Position numbers and translations under genes: made by a program. This document shows positions 26,310 to 36,533 of a stretch of DNA of 64,000 nucleotides, piece after piece (the first letter of the stretch is position 1; each line of letters begins with the position of its first letter). Origin of the DNA: a virus (taxonomy: Duplodnaviria; Caudoviricetes); IMG/VR virus record IMGVR_UViG_3300009776_000003, positions 6,708 to 70,707 of that record. One strand, written 5' to 3'. Below the pieces are notes generated by a model. It saw nothing but the letters and a program-made list of their open reading frames with translations, had not been told where the DNA came from and did not search any database.

Positions 26310-28546
26310 TGCAGCCTCGTAATATCTCGCGCATCTCTGAAGCGCTCGCCAAGATCTCAGGAGTCACACCTGAGATCGCCGCTGAGGTTGCCATCGCACT
26401 ATGCCAGTCGGAGGATGACGTTGATCGCGGCGGCACGCTGACCCTCACTGGCAACCACCCTTCGGTGGATCGCGGTTACAGCACCTACGGCAGCGATAAC
26501 AACCTGCTGCCTACGCCTCCGGTCAAACCTCCAGTGATCTCGCAGGCGGTGCTGCAAGTAGACAACGCCTCCAATGGCCTCTCTAGCAGGCGTGGAGACA
26601 ACGGCTACGCCATCAACGTAGACGATGGGATAGTTCGCAATGCTGGCGAGAGTTGGCTTCTGAAGCACGCCTACGTCCAATCTGTTGGCACTGTGGAGGA
26701 CAGTAGAGCGGACGAGCTAACTACCAGCGATCCGACCTATTGGGTTGCCGACTGTCTGGAATGTGAGGAGAAGGGTCGCAACCTCTCCAATGTTCCAGTG
26801 AGGGTGTTCTACGATAGCCAGTTGACTCGTCCTGACGTTGGCACCGTCACTCGCTACATGCGAGATACCAACGGACTGGCGTGGGGCTTCAACTCCATCG
26901 TCAGCAGCTACGTTGGCAGCACCTACATCTCTGGCACCGTAGTCCGTTGGGCTAAGGCGACTGCGGAGTGGACTTGGGACAGTATTGACGCGGTTGGCCA
27001 AGCGGTGTGCGTGGATGTGGACGACATCTACGGCAACAATCCTGGTGCCACTACTGCGAGAGTCTACATCCGAGCGACCTCTGGCCAAGATCCCAATGTC
27101 CAGACCGATGACATCATTGGCTGGATGGCCGATACCACCGACACGCGAGTCTGCGTCAGTGGTGGATGGGACGACAAGATCGGCACCATTAAGATCCTCG
27201 AACCAGGAAAGTCGGTTCCTGGTGGATGGGTCGAATACACCGCGTTAAGCTGCAAGTTCCCAGTCGGTGCTTCGGCTACGGTTACGGAGTACAACGAGGG
27301 ATCTTCTGGCGGCAGTCACCCCATTCGGCCAAAGGCTCACAGCAACAGCGAACCGAGCACCAGTACCTCGATCATCAACACCGACTGGACTGGCGATTGG
27401 TACGATACGGCGTGGATGCTGGATGATATCACGCTCAACGTACCGACGACGACTAATACGACTGGCATCAATACGACCAATGTCGTCATCGTCGCCATCA
27501 ACACCAGCACCACCCACATCACGCTTGGATCGTCCAGCGTATCCAATGTCAATGTGGTAGTGCCGATCATAATGGCTGCCGCCACTCCGTCCATCAACGG
27601 TGCGGTCGTTACGATCAACGACTACAGTGGCAACAGTGGGGCAACGGCACCGACGCTGACCGGAGACATCGACATCGAGGACTCTGGCACGCTGAGCGTG
27701 TCCGGTACGATCACCATCGATCCGACGACGATCACGCCGGTACTGACTGGAGAGGGTACGGTTGCACTGACCGGACTAGACATCTACGGCTCCATCGTTG
27801 TCAACAATACCGACATAGTCGTCCGCGTAACAGCCACCTGCTCTACGACGGTGGTTTCAGTCAGTGTTGGGGACCACGCGGCGCATGATCATGATTGGTC
27901 TGACAACGTCGAGCATGACGTACTGGTGACTACTGGCACGCCGCTACCGGCCAACACAGAAGCCATCGATATCGGTAAGTTTACTGACGAATTCTCGGCG
28001 GTCGGATATACGCACTACGTCTCGGTAGTGGCGCACACGCACTCCGTCATCTGCCATTCGACGGTTGTTCCTAATCCGCACAGCCATGAAGTAACCGACA
28101 CGCTTGGGATTAGTCCGCAGCAGCACACGCACACATTCACCGACACCTTCGCTGTCTCGTCGTTCTCTCACTACCACACTGGATCGGCTTCGCTGACAGC
28201 GGCCAGCCATGATCACAACGTCACCGATACGCTGGCGGTGTCGTCTCACGTTCATACGATCAACCATGGCCACACCTCAGCTACGCACACGCACACGCAG
28301 GCAACGCACAGCCACAGCGCAGGCGGTGCCACCAGCATTTCTATCGCACACACCCACGCGGTGATCGATCCTGGTCATACGCACGTAGCCGATTCCCACC
28401 AGCATACGATCTACGATCCTGGTCACAAGCATCAGGTAGTGACCACGCTAGCGATCACTGGATCACTGTATCACGCGACGGAGGATTATCGACCTCCGTT
28501 CCTAGCTCTCAAATTCATTAAAAGGGTAGGACCAGGAGGGACGTAA
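26309..28546 (+). CDS. Tail fibre/needle with collar domain and 14 HxH motifs
   Basis: Collar-like VPGGW...KFPVGA...GGS; 14 HxH doublets; C-terminal RPPFLALKFIK. Confidence 0.75.
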   Translation: MQPRNISRISEALAKISGVTPEIAAEVAIALCQSEDDVDRGGTLTLTGNHPSVDRGYSTYGSDNNLLPTPPVKPPVISQAVLQVDNASNGLSSRRGDNGYAINVDDGIVRNAGESWLLKHAYVQSVGTVEDSRADELTTSDPTYWVADCLECEEKGRNLSNVPVRVFYDSQLTRPDVGTVTRYMRDTNGLAWGFNSIVSSYVGSTYISGTVVRWAKATAEWTWDSIDAVGQAVCVDVDDIYGNNPGATTARVYIRATSGQDPNVQTDDIIGWMADTTDTRVCVSGGWDDKIGTIKILEPGKSVPGGWVEYTALSCKFPVGASATVTEYNEGSSGGSHPIRPKAHSNSEPSTSTSIINTDWTGDWYDTAWMLDDITLNVPTTTNTTGINTTNVVIVAINTSTTHITLGSSSVSNVNVVVPIIMAAATPSINGAVVTINDYSGNSGATAPTLTGDIDIEDSGTLSVSGTITIDPTTITPVLTGEGTVALTGLDIYGSIVVNNTDIVVRVTATCSTTVVSVSVGDHAAHDHDWSDNVEHDVLVTTGTPLPANTEAIDIGKFTDEFSAVGYTHYVSVVAHTHSVICHSTVVPNPHSHEVTDTLGISPQQHTHTFTDTFAVSSFSHYHTGSASLTAASHDHNVTDTLAVSSHVHTINHGHTSATHTHTQATHSHSAGGATSISIAHTHAVIDPGHTHVADSHQHTIYDPGHKHQVVTTLAITGSLYHATEDYRPPFLALKFIKRVGPGGT

Positions 28547-29349
28547 TGGGAGACCAAGCAGATCTCGCTCCGAGACCAAAGAAGCCGAATGCAGGCGACG
28601 CTTTTCAGATGCGTCGAGACAACGCCAGACCAGATCCGTTTCAAGCCAACAATCGACCGCAGGCGATGTTTCAAGCTGCGGCGCCAGACTGGAACGACTG
28701 GACTCCAATGCTGGCCCAGTACCAGTCTCAGCTTGGAATGCTTGGCGCACTGACCGCAGCCAATGCGGCCAAGACGGCAGCGTATCTGAACTCACAGTCT
28801 GGTATTCCAGCGGCTCAGGCAGCGTGGCATGGCGCCGATATGGGATACCTCGGCAACTTGGCCAATGCTCAAGCGAGTCAGAATGCGGCAGGCATGAACG
28901 CTCAGCTTGGCGCAGGTGCGTTGCCATGGCAGTACGCTACGGCGGTACACTCGCAGGTTCCTGGTGCGCAGGCCAGCATGTACGGCAGCCTACAGAACGC
29001 ACTGGCCAATATGTACGGTGCGCAGCAAGGATCGGAGGCTAGCAAGTACGGATCTTGGGCCAACGCCTACGCCTCGATGCAGAACTCCGCAGATCAGAAC
29101 CAGACCATGCGAGGTATCGCTCACTTCGATCCTTGGGCGCAGGTCAACTCGGCCAACGTCAACGCGATTGGTGGCCAGAATATCGCTGGCATCAATGCTC
29201 AAGGACAACTGGTCAACACCGCCCTCCAGAACCAAGCTCGCCAAGGCGCTCTCGATTCCCTCATGAACTATCTCCAGCCGTTGATGCAGAAGCTGTCTGC
29301 ACCGATGAGCTTCGGCATCAATACCAATTACGGAGCAGGCATAGCTTAG
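28546..29349 (+). CDS. DNA ejection / internal virion protein
   Basis: A/Q/G/N-rich low-complexity protein after the tail genes. Confidence 0.55.
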   Translation: MGDQADLAPRPKKPNAGDAFQMRRDNARPDPFQANNRPQAMFQAAAPDWNDWTPMLAQYQSQLGMLGALTAANAAKTAAYLNSQSGIPAAQAAWHGADMGYLGNLANAQASQNAAGMNAQLGAGALPWQYATAVHSQVPGAQASMYGSLQNALANMYGAQQGSEASKYGSWANAYASMQNSADQNQTMRGIAHFDPWAQVNSANVNAIGGQNIAGINAQGQLVNTALQNQARQGALDSLMNYLQPLMQKLSAPMSFGINTNYGAGIA

Positions 29350-29358
29350 GAGTTAAAC

Positions 29359-30294
29359 ATGCAAAGCAGCAGCAATCCATTTGGCGGCTGGAATCCATCG
29401 AATCCATGGTATAACGTAGGCGGTACGCCGAATGTTCCAATCGCACCTGTAGCCAACAGGCCACAACAAGGCGCTGGAGGCTTCGGCTTAGGCGGCGGTG
29501 GAGGTGGCGGCTTCTGGGGCCAGCCTCCTGTGCTCTCAGCACCACCTCAGATCAACATTCCGCAGGCGCCGCAGCAGCCGACCTACATGCCGTACCTGCC
29601 CAATGCGACAGCGCCGCCAAGCTATCAGCCGCCAATGCTTCCTGGTCAGTTTGGACTAGACAACTATCGGATGCAGCCAGTTGGGCCAGCGCCGTCTGGT
29701 CCGAGGTATCCAGTCTCTGGATCACCATACCAGCCTGACCGAGCCTTTGCCAACCCAACGATTCCCAATCAGTACCAGCCTCAGCCGCTTACAGGATCGT
29801 ACCAACCACCCCAAGGAGTCGCGCCGCTTGAATACCTCAATGCTAATCCGTTTGCAGCACCAGTATCCCAACAGCCATTCGACTGGCAGCGGATGTATCA
29901 GATGCTCCAGCAGCCGCAGCCGAGGATGGGGCCGGTGCCGGATAACTATCGCCAGCCGAATCCGCAGGCTGCCTCGCCCCAACAGGTCAATACCGGCATC
30001 ACCGCTCCAAAGCTGCCAAGCCCAGTAGCTCCGACGCAGGTGCCGCAAGGAAATGGTCCGTTCCAGAATGCGGTAGCTTGGAATGCCAACGCTGCACAGC
30101 AGCCGCTGGCGATGAATGCTAATCGGCAGCGGTACGGTCAAGGCGCCGACCTGACCAATCAGTTCCAGCAGGCGCAGAGTAACGCTGGTCTCGGTTGGGC
30201 TGGCATCAATCAGGGACTCCAAAACCTGCTGGCCCAGTTCCAGACTCGCGGTTTCAACCAGATGCTCCCCTCACTGATGCAAGGACTTTTCTGA
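29359..30294 (+). CDS. Pro/Gln-rich internal virion protein
   Basis: AGGAG RBS; P/Q-rich; within the ejection cluster. Confidence 0.5.
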   Translation: MQSSSNPFGGWNPSNPWYNVGGTPNVPIAPVANRPQQGAGGFGLGGGGGGGFWGQPPVLSAPPQINIPQAPQQPTYMPYLPNATAPPSYQPPMLPGQFGLDNYRMQPVGPAPSGPRYPVSGSPYQPDRAFANPTIPNQYQPQPLTGSYQPPQGVAPLEYLNANPFAAPVSQQPFDWQRMYQMLQQPQPRMGPVPDNYRQPNPQAASPQQVNTGITAPKLPSPVAPTQVPQGNGPFQNAVAWNANAAQQPLAMNANRQRYGQGADLTNQFQQAQSNAGLGWAGINQGLQNLLAQFQTRGFNQMLPSLMQGLF

Positions 30295-30752
30295 TGTTCA
30301 GGACCATGCCATTCAGTCCCAGCGGTGGGACGCAAGATCAGCAGAGGTGGAGCATCAACACCTCGATCCGACCGCAGACGATATACCCCAGTGGGTTCTC
30401 GTCAGGCTACGGAAACATGGCCGCTGCGACCGAGGCGCCAACCAGAGAGGACGCCAGACAGAACTGGTACAGGATGGGGGTGTCGCAGCGTAGCCCAATG
30501 CTCCAATACGGACAAGGAATTGACTACGGCCAGCAGTTGGCCAACTCGCTGATGGCCAGACCCATTGCCCAACAGCAGATGCAAATGGAGGATGCCTCCA
30601 ACTTGCTCGCTGGTCAGCAGGCTAGAGAGCAGGAGGCGCAGCAGTGGGCACAGTATGGGCTCAGTGGGCTTGGCAATCAGCTTCAAAATAACCTCAGTCA
30701 GCAAGGTGGCGTGATGCAGTTGCTGGCGCAGTTGATGGGAATGTGGAGGTAA
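30294..30752 (+). CDS. Gln-rich internal virion protein
   Basis: ATG overlaps the previous stop; Q-rich helical sequence. Confidence 0.5.
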   Translation: MFRTMPFSPSGGTQDQQRWSINTSIRPQTIYPSGFSSGYGNMAAATEAPTREDARQNWYRMGVSQRSPMLQYGQGIDYGQQLANSLMARPIAQQQMQMEDASNLLAGQQAREQEAQQWAQYGLSGLGNQLQNNLSQQGGVMQLLAQLMGMWR

Positions 30753-30753
30753 G

Positions 30754-31776
30754 GTGATGATTTATAACAATCCAACCGTTGCAGCGTTGGAGGAAGTCCT
30801 CAATAGGCTGCGGTCACTACCGGCAGCGCCTCCACAACCGTCGTTCATTCCTGGTTCCGAAGGTCCACCGCCCACTGCCAACGGAGGCTTGGGGCCAAGT
30901 CTTGGATGGATGATCGGCAACACTAGGCCAATGGTCAATGTTGGCACGCAAGGACTGCCGCAGGTTCCGATTACGCCTGATCCGAGAGCGATGCAGGACG
31001 AGCTGAACCAGCGAACTGCCGCACTACAGAAGGCCGCAGGTGCCGCCAGAGGTCGAGCCAGAGGTGAGGTGACTTACGCCAGTCCTGGTGACGAGGATGC
31101 GTGGAAACGGTGGAAGTCCATGGCTGTTGCTCACCACCTGATGGCGCAGGCTGGCCAAGACAATCCGATCCGCTGGCCTGGTGAATTCCATGGAATGGGT
31201 GTTCCTGCCGAGCGAGCGAAGGAGGTTGCCAGTATCTCGAAGGGTCGCCGAGAGAAGATGGCAGCGGCGAAGAACGCTGCGCAAGGACGCATCATGGCGA
31301 AGAAGAATGATATTCCAGCCGCTGTTTGGGAACCATGGGCCAAACAACAGCAAGGAGGGGACTTATCGCCAGAAGAGTTGGCCATGCTGAATCCAGCGGC
31401 AGGCGAGATCGCTAAGGAACTGGACCCCAACTTCCAGAAGGCGGCGCTGATGGCCTCGCTCTTTGGCGGTCTTGGAAACATGGCCGGTCAAGGTGTTCCA
31501 ATGGATCTGGCGAAGGTCAACGAGATCATTGCCATGATCGATTCACTGAGCGCGAAGCCTGCACCTCCAGCGGCGCCGGAACCTCCAGCCAATCCTGAAC
31601 CTCCTCGGATGGTTGCTCCGTCCTTCATTGCTCCCAACGCACCGCCAGCCTCCAATAACTTCCTGCCTGACATAGTGGCAGCAATTGGCAAGTGGTTTAG
31701 GGATTCGCAGGTTCCCATTGGAGCGGTTCCGCCCAACAACTCGTTGCACCTGTGGCCTCGCGGCGCTGGCATCTAG
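30754..31776 (+). CDS. Putative ejection protein
   Basis: Ala/Pro-rich; immediately before the largest gene. Confidence 0.5.
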   Translation: MMIYNNPTVAALEEVLNRLRSLPAAPPQPSFIPGSEGPPPTANGGLGPSLGWMIGNTRPMVNVGTQGLPQVPITPDPRAMQDELNQRTAALQKAAGAARGRARGEVTYASPGDEDAWKRWKSMAVAHHLMAQAGQDNPIRWPGEFHGMGVPAERAKEVASISKGRREKMAAAKNAAQGRIMAKKNDIPAAVWEPWAKQQQGGDLSPEELAMLNPAAGEIAKELDPNFQKAALMASLFGGLGNMAGQGVPMDLAKVNEIIAMIDSLSAKPAPPAAPEPPANPEPPRMVAPSFIAPNAPPASNNFLPDIVAAIGKWFRDSQVPIGAVPPNNSLHLWPRGAGI

Positions 31777-31792
31777 CAACTGAGGTACTTTT

Positions 31793-34700
31793 ATGGCCGG
31801 TCTCCAGCTTCCGCAGTTGCGATTGTCTCTCGATCCGCTTTCATTCATGAACGCACCCTCCTACGGTGGGAGGGTTCGCAGTTTTATTCCAGACCCCACT
31901 CCTGAAGAGGAACAATCCCTCCTCGGCCACACTATTGGCGCCCTCCAGTACCTCGGCGAGACTTTGGATAAACCTGGAGCCGCCGCGAGAGGTGCGCTGG
32001 TGGGTGATTGGGGACAACTAGCCAACCTTATCCCCTTCAGCGATACGTTGGGGATCACTGATCCGAATAAGAGGGTTAGTGGGAGGGATGTGCTGGAGAG
32101 GGCTGGTCTAGCACCGAAGAACGAGGAGGGGTTGGACCGCTGGGATGTGGCTGGACTGGCTGCGGAGATCGCGCTTGATCCGATGATCTGGATCAGTGGT
32201 CCGACGAGGGCGCTGACTGGTGCTGGAAAGGCGGCTGTGGAGGCGTCTAGGGGCCTCGCTAAAGGCAGAACTGTGACCGAGGCTGCCAATGCCTTAGCCT
32301 CGCTCTCAGAGGCTTCTAAGGCCGCTCAGGCGGCCCCCAGCCTCGCCTCCTCGGTCAAGGCGATGTACAACCTGAAGAACGCTCCGATCATGGGGCTCAA
32401 TCCTGCTCAGCGGCTATCGGAAATGGAGCAAGGGTTGCGTGGGGTGACTAGCATTTCCGCCCCATGGCCACTGAATCAGCTACCATTCCTCAAGGACAAG
32501 GCTCTGGTTCTCGGTGCCGGTCAAGGAACGGCTGCCAAGTGGATGCAAAGTGCGTACAGGAACGCATGGTATGGGGCGTGGAGTCCGCTGCGACCACTGC
32601 GATCCATCTTCAGCGGCGAACTCAAGGGACTGCTTGGAGCGGATAGGCAGATTGCTCAGGACGTTTCCAATAGCTTTGCCGCCAACCTGCACGCACTGAT
32701 AACGGATGTCATGCCGCAGAAGATTGCCAAAGACAAGGAACTGGCTGGTTACTACAACACGCTAAAGCAGTTCCATGTCAACGCTGGCGACGATCTTGGC
32801 GCCCCAATGTGGGACGACTTCTCGCTGTACCTCATGAACCAGAACAAGGCGTTCGGAGATGCGGCCCATATGACCAAAGAGCAGGTGAAGTCGTTGTTCA
32901 ATGTTCCAGTCGATGACATCGAGAAGATGGAACTGCTCAACAAATTCACCGACCAGTGGGATGAGGTCATGCACGCGGCAACCGACCTCACCAAAGACCC
33001 AATGTACAGAGCGTATCTGGACTTTGGTGGTAAGGGTAGCGAACTGGACGACAACTTCGCTGCTCACTTCCCGCACTTCCGTCCGAAGGATGCCAGACTA
33101 CGCAAGTCTTGGGATGCGATGGGCGTGATCCGCCAGTTGCAGACCAACTTTGGCTACGCAACGAGGAGAAAAGATCCGCTTCGTGACGTTCCTGGTGCGT
33201 CCTTAACCATACAGCGAATGTCCACAGACGCCAGCTTGGTTGGAACCAAGCATCTCAGCGCCGAGGAAAGGTTGGCCAGAGAGACAGCCATGAAGGAATG
33301 GCTGGTCGCCAATACGGAATGGGGTATGGCGAACAGGACTGGAGACAATGCGCTGGCCGTTCCGCAGATGCCGCATGAGGTTCCACGCAGCATTGATGAG
33401 CTTAGTTCGGCAGACCTGACTCATGAGTACGTCTGGAAGCGGTACTTCAAGCCGCAAATGGATCAGATGTTTGGCACGCAGAATGGAATACCAGCCAATG
33501 CGTTTGTCAAAGCTCTGGACGACGAAGGCGAGGCGATTCGTAAGCCGCTGACGGAAGTGTTCGCCGATGTGCGAGACAAGAAGCTGCCTGAGATGGTGGA
33601 CTACTTCAGCAAGATACCGAAGGAAGCAGCCGATGGCTTGCTGAAGAACGGACTGTTCAGCTCCAGTTATCTTGACAGCCACAGCGACTACCTCCACAAC
33701 TTAGCGGACTCCATGTCCAATTTGCTTACGATCCACAACATCATCCACAAGACAGCGAAGGAGGGCGATAGTGGCCTGTCGGTTGCGGAGTTGTGGTCAA
33801 GGATCGTAACGCCGAAGGGTCGTCCAGCATTGGACGCAAGAGGGTTGAAGCGATGGGCGATCAATCACGCAGCCATGAACGGCGTGGAACTGAGTGATGT
33901 TGACGACGACATCTTCAAGGCGTTCCTGCGTGGCGACATTGATCCAGTCAAGCGTGGACCTGGAACCACCATGATTCAGTATGGTCAGGTGGCTGGAGAC
34001 GACACCACCACTGTCCAGAAGGAAGCGGCCCAGAAGATTATGGACTACACCATGTCGCAGAAGGTTCCTGAGCGGATGCTCAAGACGCTGAATGCGTACA
34101 TTTCTGTCGATAGTCCAAAGGAACGCGGAGCTATAGCAGAAGCGATTCATTCGTTCACCAGTTGGTGGAAGGCAGGACAGACCGCTGGTGTGCTGCTGCC
34201 AAACATTAGTTTTCAAGTTAGGAATAGATTGGATGGTCTGTGGCGAAACTTGACGCAAGCTGGAAAGGACACCTATTCGTCGCTTGACCTCCACGACGCA
34301 ACGAAGCAATTCAAGAAGTGGGCAAGAGGCAATAAAGACGTTCCGCTCGCGGCTTTCTTTCAGGAAGCCTTCGACAACGAGATCATGGGACAGAAGACTC
34401 GCATGATCGGAGAGACCGCCGGTTCTGCTGGCAGGGAGGCAGAAGGTCCAGTCACCATCGCAGATTTATTCTCTCCTGTTAAGCGAGTGATGAGCAAGGA
34501 GGGGCGATACGAAGGGTGGCGCAATCCGTTTAATGTGAGAGGCACTGGCACTGCGAGGAAGTTAGCCGAGAAGGCTGGAGTCCAACCAGGAGAGGTTCCC
34601 CAGTTCTTCATGGCTGAGGTTGGAGACAAGGCGTACGCGCTGGTCGAGCAACTTAACCGCATTCCAGTGTTCGCAGCACTGCGAAAGAATGGATGGAACA

Positions 34701-35560
34701 TCTCGCAAGCGAAGGACTTTACGGACGCCGTCCAATTCGATTATTCAAAAATTAGCCCTCTAATGCGGAAGGCTAAGGATCTTATACCGTTTGGGTCGTT
34801 CATAGGCCGAAATTTGCCATTTGTGGCTGAAAATATTATCAACGCACCAGGATCTGCGTACTCACAAACGATCCGAGGGATCGAGTGGATGCGTAAGGCT
34901 AGCTCGTCATACGTTCCATCGTTCCTGCGAGAGAAGTCTGGCTTCCGCTGGCCTTTCGGTGAGTACGGTGACGAAGAGGCTCCGTTCGTTTACTCGCTCG
35001 GATTGAGCGTTGAGGGCGTCAATCCTTTCGTGTTCCAAGACTACGGCCCATTGAAAGGCGCACCTGATCTTACAACTACTGGGGCGAGGCTGTTCTCGCA
35101 AACCAACCCTCTGCTCACTGGCGCCTACAAGCTCATATCAAATCGTGATCCCTACAGTGGGCGCGACGTAGGCGACATGGAAGGAATCTTGGGTCTCACT
35201 GGACCAGCGGCCACGATGACCTCGATGCTTCCTACGAGAGTCATTCGAGATGCGATGATGTGGACCGACTCTCGCAAGGGGCTTGGCGTTAAGGCCCTCG
35301 ACTACCTGAGCGGCGCAAAAATTGGCAGCTACAACTTGCAAAAATGGAAAGAGCGAGATCTGCGCGATGCTCTGATGCAGTGGTTGCAGCAGAAGCCATT
35401 CGTCAGAGTTATGGAAACCCCATACGTTCCAAAGGAAAACAGGGGCAAGGTCTCAGCGGAGACGCTTCGTGAGTTGTCTCTTTACGGAAAGGTCGCGCAA
35501 AAGTACGCTAAGGAAGTCATCAAAGAGAAGAACAGGCGACAGCAAAAGGAGGCAGGCTAG
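31793..35560 (+). CDS. Large internal virion (ejectosome) protein
   Basis: 1255 aa, last gene of the structural operon; helical, with a C-terminal QFDYSK...IPFGSF..RNLP region as in podoviral core proteins. Confidence 0.65.
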   Translation: MAGLQLPQLRLSLDPLSFMNAPSYGGRVRSFIPDPTPEEEQSLLGHTIGALQYLGETLDKPGAAARGALVGDWGQLANLIPFSDTLGITDPNKRVSGRDVLERAGLAPKNEEGLDRWDVAGLAAEIALDPMIWISGPTRALTGAGKAAVEASRGLAKGRTVTEAANALASLSEASKAAQAAPSLASSVKAMYNLKNAPIMGLNPAQRLSEMEQGLRGVTSISAPWPLNQLPFLKDKALVLGAGQGTAAKWMQSAYRNAWYGAWSPLRPLRSIFSGELKGLLGADRQIAQDVSNSFAANLHALITDVMPQKIAKDKELAGYYNTLKQFHVNAGDDLGAPMWDDFSLYLMNQNKAFGDAAHMTKEQVKSLFNVPVDDIEKMELLNKFTDQWDEVMHAATDLTKDPMYRAYLDFGGKGSELDDNFAAHFPHFRPKDARLRKSWDAMGVIRQLQTNFGYATRRKDPLRDVPGASLTIQRMSTDASLVGTKHLSAEERLARETAMKEWLVANTEWGMANRTGDNALAVPQMPHEVPRSIDELSSADLTHEYVWKRYFKPQMDQMFGTQNGIPANAFVKALDDEGEAIRKPLTEVFADVRDKKLPEMVDYFSKIPKEAADGLLKNGLFSSSYLDSHSDYLHNLADSMSNLLTIHNIIHKTAKEGDSGLSVAELWSRIVTPKGRPALDARGLKRWAINHAAMNGVELSDVDDDIFKAFLRGDIDPVKRGPGTTMIQYGQVAGDDTTTVQKEAAQKIMDYTMSQKVPERMLKTLNAYISVDSPKERGAIAEAIHSFTSWWKAGQTAGVLLPNISFQVRNRLDGLWRNLTQAGKDTYSSLDLHDATKQFKKWARGNKDVPLAAFFQEAFDNEIMGQKTRMIGETAGSAGREAEGPVTIADLFSPVKRVMSKEGRYEGWRNPFNVRGTGTARKLAEKAGVQPGEVPQFFMAEVGDKAYALVEQLNRIPVFAALRKNGWNISQAKDFTDAVQFDYSKISPLMRKAKDLIPFGSFIGRNLPFVAENIINAPGSAYSQTIRGIEWMRKASSSYVPSFLREKSGFRWPFGEYGDEEAPFVYSLGLSVEGVNPFVFQDYGPLKGAPDLTTTGARLFSQTNPLLTGAYKLISNRDPYSGRDVGDMEGILGLTGPAATMTSMLPTRVIRDAMMWTDSRKGLGVKALDYLSGAKIGSYNLQKWKERDLRDALMQWLQQKPFVRVMETPYVPKENRGKVSAETLRELSLYGKVAQKYAKEVIKEKNRRQQKEAG

Positions 35561-36321
35561 GCGACATGCTTCCATGTCTTTCGCAGCAAGATGGAGCTTA
35601 CGACGGTCTGTGTAACCGAGAATAGCTTTCCAATCTTCTCCTGCGACATCGTACCGGCCAACCTCCTTATCTCCCTAACGTCATCTTCATTTAACTTCGC
35701 GGCCCACTGCTTGGTTCCGCGCGTTCCGCATGGCTTGATGACGATGGGGCGCTTTACGTCTGTGTAGCCATTCCCTCTCGCTATGCTTGTTATGGCTCCG
35801 CCTGAGACTCCGAAGTGTTTGGCCACATCACCAGCGTACATCGTTTTGTACATTTCCACAATCTTGGGAATGTCTTCGTCCTTTAGCTTAGCGTTTCCAC
35901 TTCTCCTCCCAAGACCTGACGTTCCATGCCGCTTCTTATCCTCTATGTTTTCTTCTCTGGTTCCGTAGTGTAGGTTGCTAAGGTTTGCGTTGGATTTATT
36001 GCCGTCTCGGTGGAGCGTTTCCATTCCATCAGGTTTCGGACCAACAAACGCCAAGAGGACTAGGTGGTGTACCTTGACGGTCTTTCTCTTGTTGTGTATG
36101 CAGATCACCAAGTCAGGATAACCTTGGCTTTTCGACGGCTTTAGCTTTCTCCATGTGATTCGGAAGTCGCCGACCTCGGTGGGCTTATGCCAGTTTCTGC
36201 AACTCCACACCTCGCCTCGATCAGTAACGGCGTAACCAGGATAATCAGGAACGTGCCTAATCTCTCCATCAACCTCTGGTAGCGGCGGCAAGATACTGGT
36301 ATACTTTCCACATGTGGCCAT
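35557..36321 (-). CDS. NUMOD4-HNH homing endonuclease with C-terminal HTH repeats
   Basis: IRHVPDYPGYAVTDRGEVWS (NUMOD4), VHHLVLLAFVGPKPDGMETLHRDGNKSNANLSNLHYGTREEN (HNH_3) and two AKL...I..IR repeats. Confidence 0.9.
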   Translation of the reverse strand: MATCGKYTSILPPLPEVDGEIRHVPDYPGYAVTDRGEVWSCRNWHKPTEVGDFRITWRKLKPSKSQGYPDLVICIHNKRKTVKVHHLVLLAFVGPKPDGMETLHRDGNKSNANLSNLHYGTREENIEDKKRHGTSGLGRRSGNAKLKDEDIPKIVEMYKTMYAGDVAKHFGVSGGAITSIARGNGYTDVKRPIVIKPCGTRGTKQWAAKLNEDDVREIRRLAGTMSQEKIGKLFSVTQTVVSSILLRKTWKHVA

Positions 36322-36354
36322 TCTTAGAACCTTTCTGTTAAGGGTGGCCAATAG

Positions 36355-36385
36355 AAGCAGGCTGGACTACAGATCCAGCCTGTTT
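36355..36385. other. 12-bp stem-loop upstream of the HNH gene
   Basis: AAGCAGGCTGGA-7 nt-TCCAGCCTGTTT. Confidence 0.55.
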
Positions 36386-36533
36386 CGTTTATACCAGTAA
36401 GTGCAAATCCAGTGGAGGCGCTAGCTCATTGATCTAGCAACGAACACCACAAGGGACCATATAATCGCGACTGAGAATCCAACCGCCGCCCATATTTTCC
36501 ACTCTCTCCTTTCCTCGTCATGTCTTGGTTTCT

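Noticed and set aside
31793-35560. Tape-measure protein (siphovirus or myovirus)
   Set aside because: No tail tube, sheath, chaperone or baseplate genes; the P22-like portal, adaptor, nozzle and ejection layout indicates a podovirus.
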